Source: a bacterium (GTDB taxonomy: Bacteria; Ratteibacteria; UBA8468; B48-G9; JAFGKM01). From it: a DNA stretch of 34,850 nt. Of the stretch, positions 17,680 through 25,678 are shown piece after piece (position 1 is the stretch's first letter; each line of letters starts with the position of its first letter). The notes under the pieces are model-generated. The model had not been told where the DNA came from. It saw only the letters and a list, made by a program, of their open reading frames with translations, and did not search any database. A program made the translations under genes and the position numbers. Location of the stretch: assembly GCA_029548585.1 (NCBI GenBank), contig JAKPNC010000085.1:1-34850 (forward strand). The letters are read 5' to 3'.

Positions 17680-18330
17680 TCACTTCTTTTTAAGCAGAGT
17701 CTTCCTGTAATCCTCCGCCTCCATGTTTTCCAGCCCTTCGATCTCTTTAAGGCTGAGGTACTTTATTTTTCCAACCATGTTTCCGGCAAGAACAGACCTT
17801 GCGGTCTCCTCCAACAGCCAGCTTCTCGCAAAAGCCTCCTTAAGGGTTTCGCCCACGCATACAGAACCATGGTTTTTCATAAGCACAACGTTGCCCTTCC
17901 CAAGGCTCTTCACCACCCTTCGCCTCATCTCCTGGCTCCCGGGCTGCACATAATCTATGACCGGGACATCTCTGCCCAGGAGGGCCACGAAATCCGGGAA
18001 GAGAGGTTTGAGCCTTGCCCCGGCCGATACCATTCCCACTGCAAGAGGCGGATGGGTGTGGACTACGGCCTTAACGTCTTCCCTGGCAAGGTATATGCCC
18101 AGGTGCATGGATATCTCGCACGTAGGCCTCGCCTGCCCGTATATCCTGCCCGTTTCGAGGTGGACTTTCACCCATTCGTCGCTGCCTATCTCATCGAGGA
18201 AAAATCCGCTTGGGGAAAGGAATACATAATCCCCTTCCCTGGCGCTGATGTTTCCCCCGGGCCCTGCCGCGAGCCCTTTCTCGATAATCTTTTTCCCGTA
18301 TATCGTCAGCTCTCTCCTGCATTCTTCCAT
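17680..18330 (-). CDS. Class II aldolase/adducin family protein (FucA/AraD-like)
   Basis: GGNISAR, SPSG, P.CE..MH, VVHTHP, NHGSV (three Zn-binding His). Confidence 0.92.
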   Translation of the reverse strand: MEECRRELTIYGKKIIEKGLAAGPGGNISAREGDYVFLSPSGFFLDEIGSDEWVKVHLETGRIYGQARPTCEISMHLGIYLAREDVKAVVHTHPPLAVGMVSAGARLKPLFPDFVALLGRDVPVIDYVQPGSQEMRRRVVKSLGKGNVVLMKNHGSVCVGETLKEAFARSWLLEETARSVLAGNMVGKIKYLSLKEIEGLENMEAEDYRKTLLKKK

Positions 18331-18343
18331 GGAAGACTCTCCT

Positions 18344-19552
18344 TTAACTTTTTTCCAGCCTCGCGAATTTCCTCTTTCCGACCTTCAGCACCTGTCCGTC
18401 CCTTATCTTCAGCCTTGCGGAAGGATCAGCCACGATCTCGTCGTCCAGCTTTACAGCTTTCTGTATAACCAGCCTTCTTGCTTCCGACCTGGAAGGGGCA
18501 AGCCCGGCCGCGGATATGAGATCTATCACCAGTACCATCCCCTGCACGTCCTCAAGGCCGGGTTCAACCTTGAATCCGGGGATATCCGAGGGGGCCTGTT
18601 TTTCCCTGAAAACCCTGTCAAACTCGGTCTCGGCTTTCTCTCCGGCTTCAAGCCCGAAGTACTCCCCGACGATCTGCCTGGCCAGTTTTGATTTAGCCTT
18701 GCGGGGATCAGATGATATGTCTTCAAGGAAAACCGCCTCCCTTTCCCGGGTCAGGAGCCTGTAATATTCTTCCATGGCGGTGTCGGTTATTGACATAAGC
18801 CTGCCGAACATCTCCTCCGGCTGGGACTGGAGAGGAACGTGGTTGTTGTATGTCTTGCTCATCTTCATCCTGCCGTCGGTTCCAACGAGTATGGGCATGG
18901 TTATCACGGCCTGCTTCTCCTGGCCCATGGCCTCCTGCATGGTCCTTCCGGCGAGAAGGTTGAACTTCTGCTCTGTGGCGCCGATTTCCACGTCGGCCTG
19001 CAGGGCGCATGAATCGTAGCCCTGAAGAAGCGGGTAGAGGAATTCCTGCATGAAAATAGGCTTGCCTTCGCGGTACCTTTTGGAAAAATCGTCCCTTTCA
19101 AGAACCTGGGCTATGGTGAAGATGGAGGTAATCCTTATGAGATCAGAAAGGGAAAGCGGGGCAAGCCAGCTGGAATTGTAGACAAACTCTGTCTTTTCAA
19201 GATCGAGGATCTTGCCTGCCTGTTCCCTGTACCTGGAAAGGTTCCTCTTTATATCCTGGTCGGAGAGAATGGGCCTGGTCTCATTTCTTCCTGTGGGGTC
19301 TCCTATCCTGGCCGTGAAATCTCCTATCAGAAACAGCACCCGATGGCCCAAGTCCTGGAAATCCTTCAGTTTCTTGATGGGAACCGTGTGGCCCAGGTGT
19401 ATATCGGGAGCCGTGGGATCTATGCCATACTTCACCCTGAGGGGAATTCCAGAGGAGAGAGACTTGTCTATCTTGGCCTTAAGTTCTTTCTCTTCAATGA
19501 TTTCAACGGTGTTTCTCTTTATCGTTTCAAGCTGCCTGTCTGTCTCTTTCAT
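18344..19552 (-). CDS. tyrS: Tyrosine--tRNA ligase
   Basis: GIDPTAPDIHLGH, IGDPTGR, YPLLQGYD, KMSKT, C-terminal S4 domain ending KVGKRKF. Confidence 0.98.
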   Translation of the reverse strand: MKETDRQLETIKRNTVEIIEEKELKAKIDKSLSSGIPLRVKYGIDPTAPDIHLGHTVPIKKLKDFQDLGHRVLFLIGDFTARIGDPTGRNETRPILSDQDIKRNLSRYREQAGKILDLEKTEFVYNSSWLAPLSLSDLIRITSIFTIAQVLERDDFSKRYREGKPIFMQEFLYPLLQGYDSCALQADVEIGATEQKFNLLAGRTMQEAMGQEKQAVITMPILVGTDGRMKMSKTYNNHVPLQSQPEEMFGRLMSITDTAMEEYYRLLTREREAVFLEDISSDPRKAKSKLARQIVGEYFGLEAGEKAETEFDRVFREKQAPSDIPGFKVEPGLEDVQGMVLVIDLISAAGLAPSRSEARRLVIQKAVKLDDEIVADPSARLKIRDGQVLKVGKRKFARLEKS

Positions 19553-19561
19553 AATCAGGAT

Positions 19562-19590
19562 AGTTTAAACCCAACCTGTTTTTTAGTCAA
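19562..19590 (-). promoter_or_regulatory. Sigma70-type promoter of tyrS, near-leaderless
   Basis: Minus strand TTGACT, 17 nt spacer, TAAACT, then only 9 nt to the ATG; no SD sequence. Confidence 0.55.
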
Positions 19591-19629
19591 AAAAAACGGG
19601 CTGCCTTCTCTTTGAAAAAGCAGCCCGTC
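19589..19629 (-). terminator. Intrinsic terminator downstream of the DUF1559 genes
   Basis: Stem ACGGGCTGC/GCAGCCCGT with an A9 run on the + strand, i.e. a U tract on the - strand transcript. Confidence 0.8.
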
Positions 19630-19653
19630 TGCATTTCATTTCTATATCCTGCA

Positions 19654-20430
19654 TCACCAGGTCAGTTTTTCAAGAGTCCTGTCCTGGTTCTGTATCCACC
19701 AGAAATCGCTACCTGCGACATCTCCGCTGTGCACGATGGTAGATTGCCGGAACCTATCCTTTGTAGCTGCCTCCACGTGGCCATCAAGGAACAGAAGGTT
19801 TATCATCCCGTTATGCCTGAAATGAGCCGTACCTCCATTTGACGCGGTAGTCGCCGTTCCCTGGGCCGTACCAAACCTCTGGTGAAGGTAATAAGTTCCT
19901 CCCGGACGATACTGGGCATCTGTTATGGGTACAGTGAGAGAATCCGCTATCCACCAGAACTCGCTCGGGGTATCTATGCCTCCCAGGAAACACCATCCGG
20001 AAGAACCCTGGTATACCGTGGGTCCGTACTGGGGCATAAGATATCCACTCCTCCATCCGTAATAGGCATCGGGTTTGGAGCCGGTATATGTGTACGGGAG
20101 AGCGTAAGGACAGCATATCACGCCCGTGTTAAGGTACCGCCTCAAATCCCCGTTTGCCCTCCAGCCCGCTGACAGGTTGGGATCGCAAGTGTTAAGCCTC
20201 ATGGTTGTGTATCCTTCCCAGTCCTCGGCATACATAAGCAGCCCAAGACCGACCTGCTTGAGGTTATTCATGCACACTGTAGCCTTGGCCTTAGCCCTGG
20301 CCTTCGAAAGGGCCGGCAAGAGCATTGCCGCAAGTATGGCTATGATGGCTATGACAACCAGCAGTTCTATCAACGTGAATCCTCCGCCAGGGTTACAATT
20401 CCGGCGGACAAGTTTCTCGCTCTTTTTCAT
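19654..20430 (-). CDS. Prepilin-type N-terminal cleavage/methylation protein with H-X9-DG domain (DUF1559-like)
   Basis: G|[28 protein letters not shown]....C.NNLKQ.GL...MY..D, CP motif, C-terminal [16 protein letters not shown]. Confidence 0.93.
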   Translation of the reverse strand: MKKSEKLVRRNCNPGGGFTLIELLVVIAIIAILAAMLLPALSKARAKAKATVCMNNLKQVGLGLLMYAEDWEGYTTMRLNTCDPNLSAGWRANGDLRRYLNTGVICCPYALPYTYTGSKPDAYYGWRSGYLMPQYGPTVYQGSSGWCFLGGIDTPSEFWWIADSLTVPITDAQYRPGGTYYLHQRFGTAQGTATTASNGGTAHFRHNGMINLLFLDGHVEAATKDRFRQSTIVHSGDVAGSDFWWIQNQDRTLEKLTW

Positions 20431-20503
20431 TTTTTCTCACCTGCCTTTGTTTGGAGCCCTTTTGTTTAAGGTCCCCGTTTTTCCTTTTCCAATCAGGAGA
20501 TTC

Positions 20504-21216
20504 TTAATAAGTCGCGTTCAAATCCCTCAATGTGTAGGGATTTGCAGGCTTGCAGTTCGGAAACGGATCCTGTGGCAGCACCTTGAAAGTGTTACTTGCC
20601 TTGCTGACTGTGGAAACCCATTTCACGTGGCCTCCAACGTACAGGACATTAACGCCGTCCCAGGAATGGCTGGCGTACCTTGCAAGAAAGAGGTTCTGTG
20701 AAGCTGCCTGCCAACTGCGGGACGCCATGGTGTAGTGAGCCTTGTGATCAGCCATGATCGCAGTATCAGGATGGGTCTGAAGGCTTAATCCGTACGCGTA
20801 GGCATATGAACATGTCCCTATGCCGTAAGTGGTGGGACGCAACAGCCTTCCCTTGACCGCGGTATCAACCTTATCCTTTGAACTGGGACAGACAGCCTGT
20901 AGTCGGTGATATAGGCAGGCATTTCTAGTTCAGCGGAAGTTGGATCGGTCTGTCCGGTAATCAGAGCCAGGGACCTGTTTGTCTTTGAATCGACGCTCTG
21001 TCCGGCTCTCTCGTCAAGGATCGGGAAATACTGGTTCCAGTCCTGCGCATACATGTTGAGAGTGATTCCCAGTTGTTTGAGGTTAGTCATGCAGACTCCC
21101 CTCCTTGCTTTCTCTCTTGCCTTTGCAAGTGCGGGTAATAACATCGCCGCCAGTATGGCTATGATAGCTATGACCACCAGCAATTCTATAAGGGTAAATC
21201 CTTTTTTGTTTCTCAT
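20504..21216 (-). pseudogene. Second DUF1559-like prepilin-type gene split by a frameshift at about 20893 (pseudogene or assembly indel)
   Basis: ORF 20818..21225 has [37 protein letters not shown]. Shifting frame after YRL gives [24 protein letters not shown], continuous with ORF 20504..20842 (SYAY, ADH, HSWDGVNVLYVGGHVKW). Confidence 0.85.
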
Positions 21217-21285
21217 ATTTTTCACCTCCTTTTTATTTTATTTGTTTTACGAGACAGAAGCCATGCTTATTAAATAAATTAATAT

Positions 21286-21314
21286 ATTTTATCATAAATT
21301 TGGAATCCTGTCAA
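21286..21314 (-). promoter_or_regulatory. Strong sigma70-type promoter for the DUF1559 pair
   Basis: Minus strand TTGACA, 17 nt spacer, TG-n-TAAAAT. Confidence 0.75.
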
Positions 21315-21465
21315 AGCTGACTGCATCTGCAATGTAAGCCGTATGCCGGGATACCGGAAGTGGCCTTACTTTCAAAAAAAAAGAACCGGGATTGCAGCAG
21401 GGTCTCACGATTGATACCAGCTTCAGACCCTGTTATGGATCTTTTGCATTATCTCATGGCAGAAA

Positions 21466-21494
21466 TTGATAAGATCTTTTCTGCGGAGTATAAT
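21466..21494 (+). promoter_or_regulatory. Sigma70-type promoter for the MBL-fold hydrolase
   Basis: TTGATA, 17 nt spacer, TATAAT. Confidence 0.7.
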
Positions 21495-21540
21495 CATGTT
21501 TGGAGAGGTCATATAAAATCATTTTCAGGAGGCATAAAAC

Positions 21541-22239
21541 ATGTCAGGAAGGGCTCTTCTCTTTGCTTTGATGCTAACGGTTTCTTGCAACCTTATCGAA
21601 GGAGGCGGCAAAATGACTGCAGAAAACATCAAGTGGTTGGGACATTCCAGCCTTAGGGTTGAGAAAGAAGGAAAGAATATATACGTGGACCCATGGAAGA
21701 TAAAAGATTTCTCAAAGAAGGCTGACATTATACTGGTGACCCACTCCCACTACGACCACTGCAGTCCGGAGGACATATCCGGATTACTGAAAGAAACAAC
21801 CGTGGTCGCAGGGCCTGCCGACGCCCTTCAGAAGATAAAGGCAACCTCAAAAAAGGAGGTCATGCCCGGAGATGCCATCGACTTTAATTGGGTCAGAATA
21901 GAGGCGGTCCCTGCATACAATACCGACAAGAAGTTCCACCCGAAGGGCAATAACTGGCTGGGTTTCGTCATGAGGTTCAAGGAGATGTCGGTATACTTGG
22001 CGGGGGATACCGATTTCATACCTGAGATGAAAGGGATAAAAGCCGACATAGCCATACTGCCCGTTGGCGGAACCTATACCATGGATGCCAGGCAGGCGGC
22101 AGAAGCGGCAAATGCCATCAGGCCGAAGATAGCCATACCCATACATTTCGGGGATATAGTCGGCTCCGAAAAGGACGGCCTGGTTTTCTCATCGATGGTG
22201 AAGGAAGCTGAAACCGCCATCCTGGAAATCTCAAGGTGA
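21541..22239 (+). CDS. MBL-fold metallo-hydrolase (UlaG/UPF0173-like)
   Basis: IKWLGHSS, IYVDP, THSHYDH, AYN...H, AGDT, LPVGGTYTM, PIH. Alternative start at 21613. Confidence 0.92.
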   Translation: MSGRALLFALMLTVSCNLIEGGGKMTAENIKWLGHSSLRVEKEGKNIYVDPWKIKDFSKKADIILVTHSHYDHCSPEDISGLLKETTVVAGPADALQKIKATSKKEVMPGDAIDFNWVRIEAVPAYNTDKKFHPKGNNWLGFVMRFKEMSVYLAGDTDFIPEMKGIKADIAILPVGGTYTMDARQAAEAANAIRPKIAIPIHFGDIVGSEKDGLVFSSMVKEAETAILEISR

Positions 22240-22260
22240 CATGCCCTGACATGACCCGGT

Positions 22261-24348
22261 TTAAAAGGCAAACCTCGCATCCACGGCAACCGCTCCCCTG
22301 CCTTTCTCCATTACCATGAGCGGGTTAATATCCATCTCGGATATTTCAGGGAAATCCACACACATCCGGGAAACCCTGAGAAGAACGTCCGCTATGGCAT
22401 CGATATCCCTTTCAGGTATATTCCTGAACCCTTTAAGCATGCGTACGGTCTTTATGGAGCCGATCATTTCCCTCGCATCGAGGTCGCTCAGGGGGACAAC
22501 CCTGAAAGCCACATCCTTGAGAAGTTCGACGTATATGCCTCCAAGTCCGAACATGAGAAGGTGTCCAAACTGGGCATCCTTTTTGACCCCGACTATAACC
22601 TCAACTCCGCCCGAAACCATGGGTTGAACCTGCACTCCTTCTATCTTTGCGTCTTTCTTGTAAGCCTTTGCCGATTTGAGTATCTGCTCAAAAGCGGCCT
22701 CAGCTTCCTGGATGGTCTTGATTCCTACCTTAACACCCCCCGCTTCCGTCTTGTGCAGTATGTCCGGGGAAACAAGCTTCATGACAACGGGCATACCTGT
22801 TTTTTCCAGGACCTTGCGGCATTCACCCGCAGACTTTACCACGAAGGATTTGACCGTCTTTATGCCGTAACAATCGAGGATGGCCCGTCCTTCTATGTCC
22901 CCCATGGTCTCCCTCTTCTCGTTTCTTGCCGCAGATATTATCTTTCCCGCAGACTCCCTGTCAGCTTCAATGTCAACAATGCGTCCACTGCCTGACGAAC
23001 ACCACGTGTGGTACTGGTACATGCTCCTGATGGCAGATACCGCCCTCTCGGGAAAGAGGTAGTTGGGGATACCGTTTTTCATCAGAACTTTTATGCCCTC
23101 GTCCATCCGGTGGCCTCCCATGAAACATCCGAAGACAGGCTTATCGTATTTTTTGCATATCGAAGAAACTTTTTCGGCCGTCTCGGGTATCTGGGTTACA
23201 ACCTGCGGGGTGAGAACCGAAAGAACGGCGTCAGTCTTCTTTTCATTCAGTATCTTTTCCATGGTAACGCCGTAAATATCTGCAAGGGCGTCTCCCAGGA
23301 CATCCACGGGGTTATTGACGCTCGCGGATGAAGAAAGCACCCCCATAAGATCCTTTTTAGCCTCCGGGGATATTTCCGCCATGGAAAGTTTCATTGCTTC
23401 AACGGCGTCAACCGCCATGACACCCGGACCGCCGGCGTTTGTCACGATGGCTATCCTTTTTCCCTTTACGGGCGGCTGGTACGCAAAAGCTATGGCGCAG
23501 TCAAAAAGCTCCTGCACGGAGTTTGCCCTGATGACCCCTGCCTGGCTCAGGGCGGCATCGTAAGCCGCTTCGGAACCGGCAAGGCTCCCCGTATGGGACG
23601 AAACGGCCTTGCTGCCGGCAAGACTTCTGCCGGATTTTACCATGACGATAGGTTTCTTGAGGGATATCTTTCTTGCCGTTTCTATGAATCTCCTGCCGTC
23701 TTTGAGCCCTTCAAGATAGAGCAGGATGACATTCGTATCGGGATCGTCTCCGAATTCCTGTATGAGGTCGGTCTCCGAAACATCGGCCATGTTCCCGAAA
23801 CTGACAAACTTGGAGAGTCCTATATTCTCCTTTACCGCCCAGTCCAGGACAGCCGTTCCCAGGGCCCCTGACTGTGTAATGAAAGAGATCTTGCCCCTGG
23901 GCGGCATCTCGAAAGCGAAAGAAGCGTTGAGATTGCTGACGGTATCTATAACACCAAGGCAGTTGGGGCCTACAAGCCTCATCCCGTAACTTTTTACTAT
24001 CTCCTTGAGCTGTTCCTCCTTATCCTTGCCTTCCTTGCCGGCTTCCTTGAATCCGGCGCTTATGACTATCAGCCCCTTGACCCCCTTCTCGCCGCATCTT
24101 TTGGCTACATCGAGAACAAGGTTCGAGGGAATGACAATAAGAACCAGCTCGGGTGTTTCCGGAAGATCGCTTATGCTCTTGTATCCCTTCAGGCCGAGTA
24201 TCGTGTCAGCCTTCGGATTGATAGGATAAAGGGCATGCTTATACCCGCCATCCACGAGATTCTTGAGGATCCTGTAACCCAGCTTGCCCGTATTGCTCGA
24301 AGCTCCAACGAGGGCCACCCCTTTTGGATTGAAGAACTGATTTAACAT
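22261..24348 (-). CDS. Acetate--CoA ligase (ADP-forming), fused alpha-beta
   Basis: CoA-binding domain (VALVGAS, YPINP), GPNCLG, QSGALG, SHTGSLAG phospho-His, C-terminal ATP-grasp (HKTEAGGV, FGLGGIYVE, DINPL, DAR). Confidence 0.93.
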   Translation of the reverse strand: MLNQFFNPKGVALVGASSNTGKLGYRILKNLVDGGYKHALYPINPKADTILGLKGYKSISDLPETPELVLIVIPSNLVLDVAKRCGEKGVKGLIVISAGFKEAGKEGKDKEEQLKEIVKSYGMRLVGPNCLGVIDTVSNLNASFAFEMPPRGKISFITQSGALGTAVLDWAVKENIGLSKFVSFGNMADVSETDLIQEFGDDPDTNVILLYLEGLKDGRRFIETARKISLKKPIVMVKSGRSLAGSKAVSSHTGSLAGSEAAYDAALSQAGVIRANSVQELFDCAIAFAYQPPVKGKRIAIVTNAGGPGVMAVDAVEAMKLSMAEISPEAKKDLMGVLSSSASVNNPVDVLGDALADIYGVTMEKILNEKKTDAVLSVLTPQVVTQIPETAEKVSSICKKYDKPVFGCFMGGHRMDEGIKVLMKNGIPNYLFPERAVSAIRSMYQYHTWCSSGSGRIVDIEADRESAGKIISAARNEKRETMGDIEGRAILDCYGIKTVKSFVVKSAGECRKVLEKTGMPVVMKLVSPDILHKTEAGGVKVGIKTIQEAEAAFEQILKSAKAYKKDAKIEGVQVQPMVSGGVEVIVGVKKDAQFGHLLMFGLGGIYVELLKDVAFRVVPLSDLDAREMIGSIKTVRMLKGFRNIPERDIDAIADVLLRVSRMCVDFPEISEMDINPLMVMEKGRGAVAVDARFAF

Positions 24349-24417
24349 TTAAGACCCCTTTGCAATAATGCGGTTATAATGGAAATAAAGTGTTTTTTTA
24401 TGATAAAAGGACTCTTC

Positions 24418-24446
24418 ATTATAACCTTTAGGTATGCCAATGTCAA
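24418..24446 (-). promoter_or_regulatory. Consensus sigma70 promoter for the acetate--CoA ligase
   Basis: Minus strand TTGACA, 17 nt spacer, TATAAT (perfect consensus), about 70 nt upstream of ATG 24348. Confidence 0.85.
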
Positions 24447-24819
24447 AATACGGGACCTTTTTTCAGACCGTCAGCCGACCGGGGGTTCCAATGCCCTGTT
24501 TTCCCACGGGAAGACACTTAAAGGTTATCCGCTGCAACCACAGTGCAGGCAGGGTGCGGCTGCGGTTCCATCCCCTGTCATACTGAATTTGATCGGGATC
24601 TCTCTTTTTCCTTATATCCCCGGGGTCATCCCTTGCCCTATCTCTCCCCGCCTGAAAGGGGAAGAGAGCTGTGGAAAATTCATGCTCAACTTGTGCAACA
24701 ACTTATGATGACTCATATAAAAAGACGGAATCCCGGGAAGATGGACGGGAATGTCTCAATATGGTAACATTCCTGACATGACAGCCTCGCTTAACCTTAA
24801 TGATAACAGGATTGGGAAT

Positions 24820-25677
24820 ATGAGAAAGAGGAATTGTTTGTCTCTTTTACCGTATCTCTTTTTTCTTTCCTTTACGGCGTCAAATATACTCGGGTTTTCT
24901 AATCTTAAAACGGTTGTCTCAAAAGAAGAAAAGATCCGCCAGAAAGACTCCTTCTCCTTTGCCGTCATTGGCGACAGCCAGCCGCGGGGGCTTTTCGGGC
25001 AGCCGGAAGCCTTCAGGAAGATCGTATCGGGGGTAAACGGTTCCGGGGCAGAGTTCGCGGTCCACCTGGGAGACAAGATAAAGGGGAGCGCCAGGGCGGA
25101 TACGGTCATAAAACAGCACGAGGAATTCTTCAAGGTTGCAAAAGGGCTCAAGGTCAGGATGTACCATGCCGCCGGCAACCACGACATAAAGAAATCCAGG
25201 GAGAACGAATCAATCCATGAGAAGTTTTTCGGGCCTTTATATTATTCTTTTGCTCATAAAAGCGCTTTTTTCATCGTGCTCAATACCGAAGCTGTGGGAG
25301 ACGAGGGAAGCATCGGGGAAAAACAGATGCCGTGGCTTGAGGGAGAGCTTGAAAAATCACGGAAATACAGGGACGTTTTCGTATTCATGCACAGGCCCCT
25401 CTACTCGGCGGTCTTTTCGGGAATGGACGGCATTCACTTCTCATCTCCCGGGCACAGAAACGGCCTGGCAGAACTTTTCAGCAGGTACGGTATAACCGCC
25501 CTTTTCTGCGGACATGAACACCTTTACAGGGCCAGCCGCCACAATGGACTGCTTCAGGTCATATCGGGAGGAGGCGGAGCCCCGTTCCATTTTTATCCCA
25601 AGGGAAATTTCCACCACTACATGCTCGTAAGAGTGGGAAAAGACACGGTTGATATAGAAGCTGTTCCCATCCAATAG
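24820..25677 (+). CDS. Secreted calcineurin-like metallophosphoesterase
   Basis: Signal-like N-terminus from ATG 24820; GDSQ, HLGD, GNHD, FMH, GHEH motifs. Confidence 0.9.
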   Translation: MRKRNCLSLLPYLFFLSFTASNILGFSNLKTVVSKEEKIRQKDSFSFAVIGDSQPRGLFGQPEAFRKIVSGVNGSGAEFAVHLGDKIKGSARADTVIKQHEEFFKVAKGLKVRMYHAAGNHDIKKSRENESIHEKFFGPLYYSFAHKSAFFIVLNTEAVGDEGSIGEKQMPWLEGELEKSRKYRDVFVFMHRPLYSAVFSGMDGIHFSSPGHRNGLAELFSRYGITALFCGHEHLYRASRHNGLLQVISGGGGAPFHFYPKGNFHHYMLVRVGKDTVDIEAVPIQ

Positions 25678-25678
25678 T

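Noticed and set aside
17218-18468. 416 aa plus-strand ORF
   Set aside because: Lies antisense across three well-supported genes; Pro/Leu/His-rich shadow composition.
19654-21216. Diversity-generating retroelement acting on the pilin-like pair
   Set aside because: No reverse transcriptase in the window and no TR/VR pair differing only at adenines was seen; similarity is limited to the conserved N-terminus.
22237-22256. Tandem TGACATGCCC/TGACATGACC between convergent genes
   Set aside because: Two imperfect 10-mers, compatible with chance or local duplication.
24379-24708. 109 aa plus-strand ORF in the intergenic gap
   Set aside because: No SD, overlaps a consensus promoter on the opposite strand and repeat relics; no protein-like motif.
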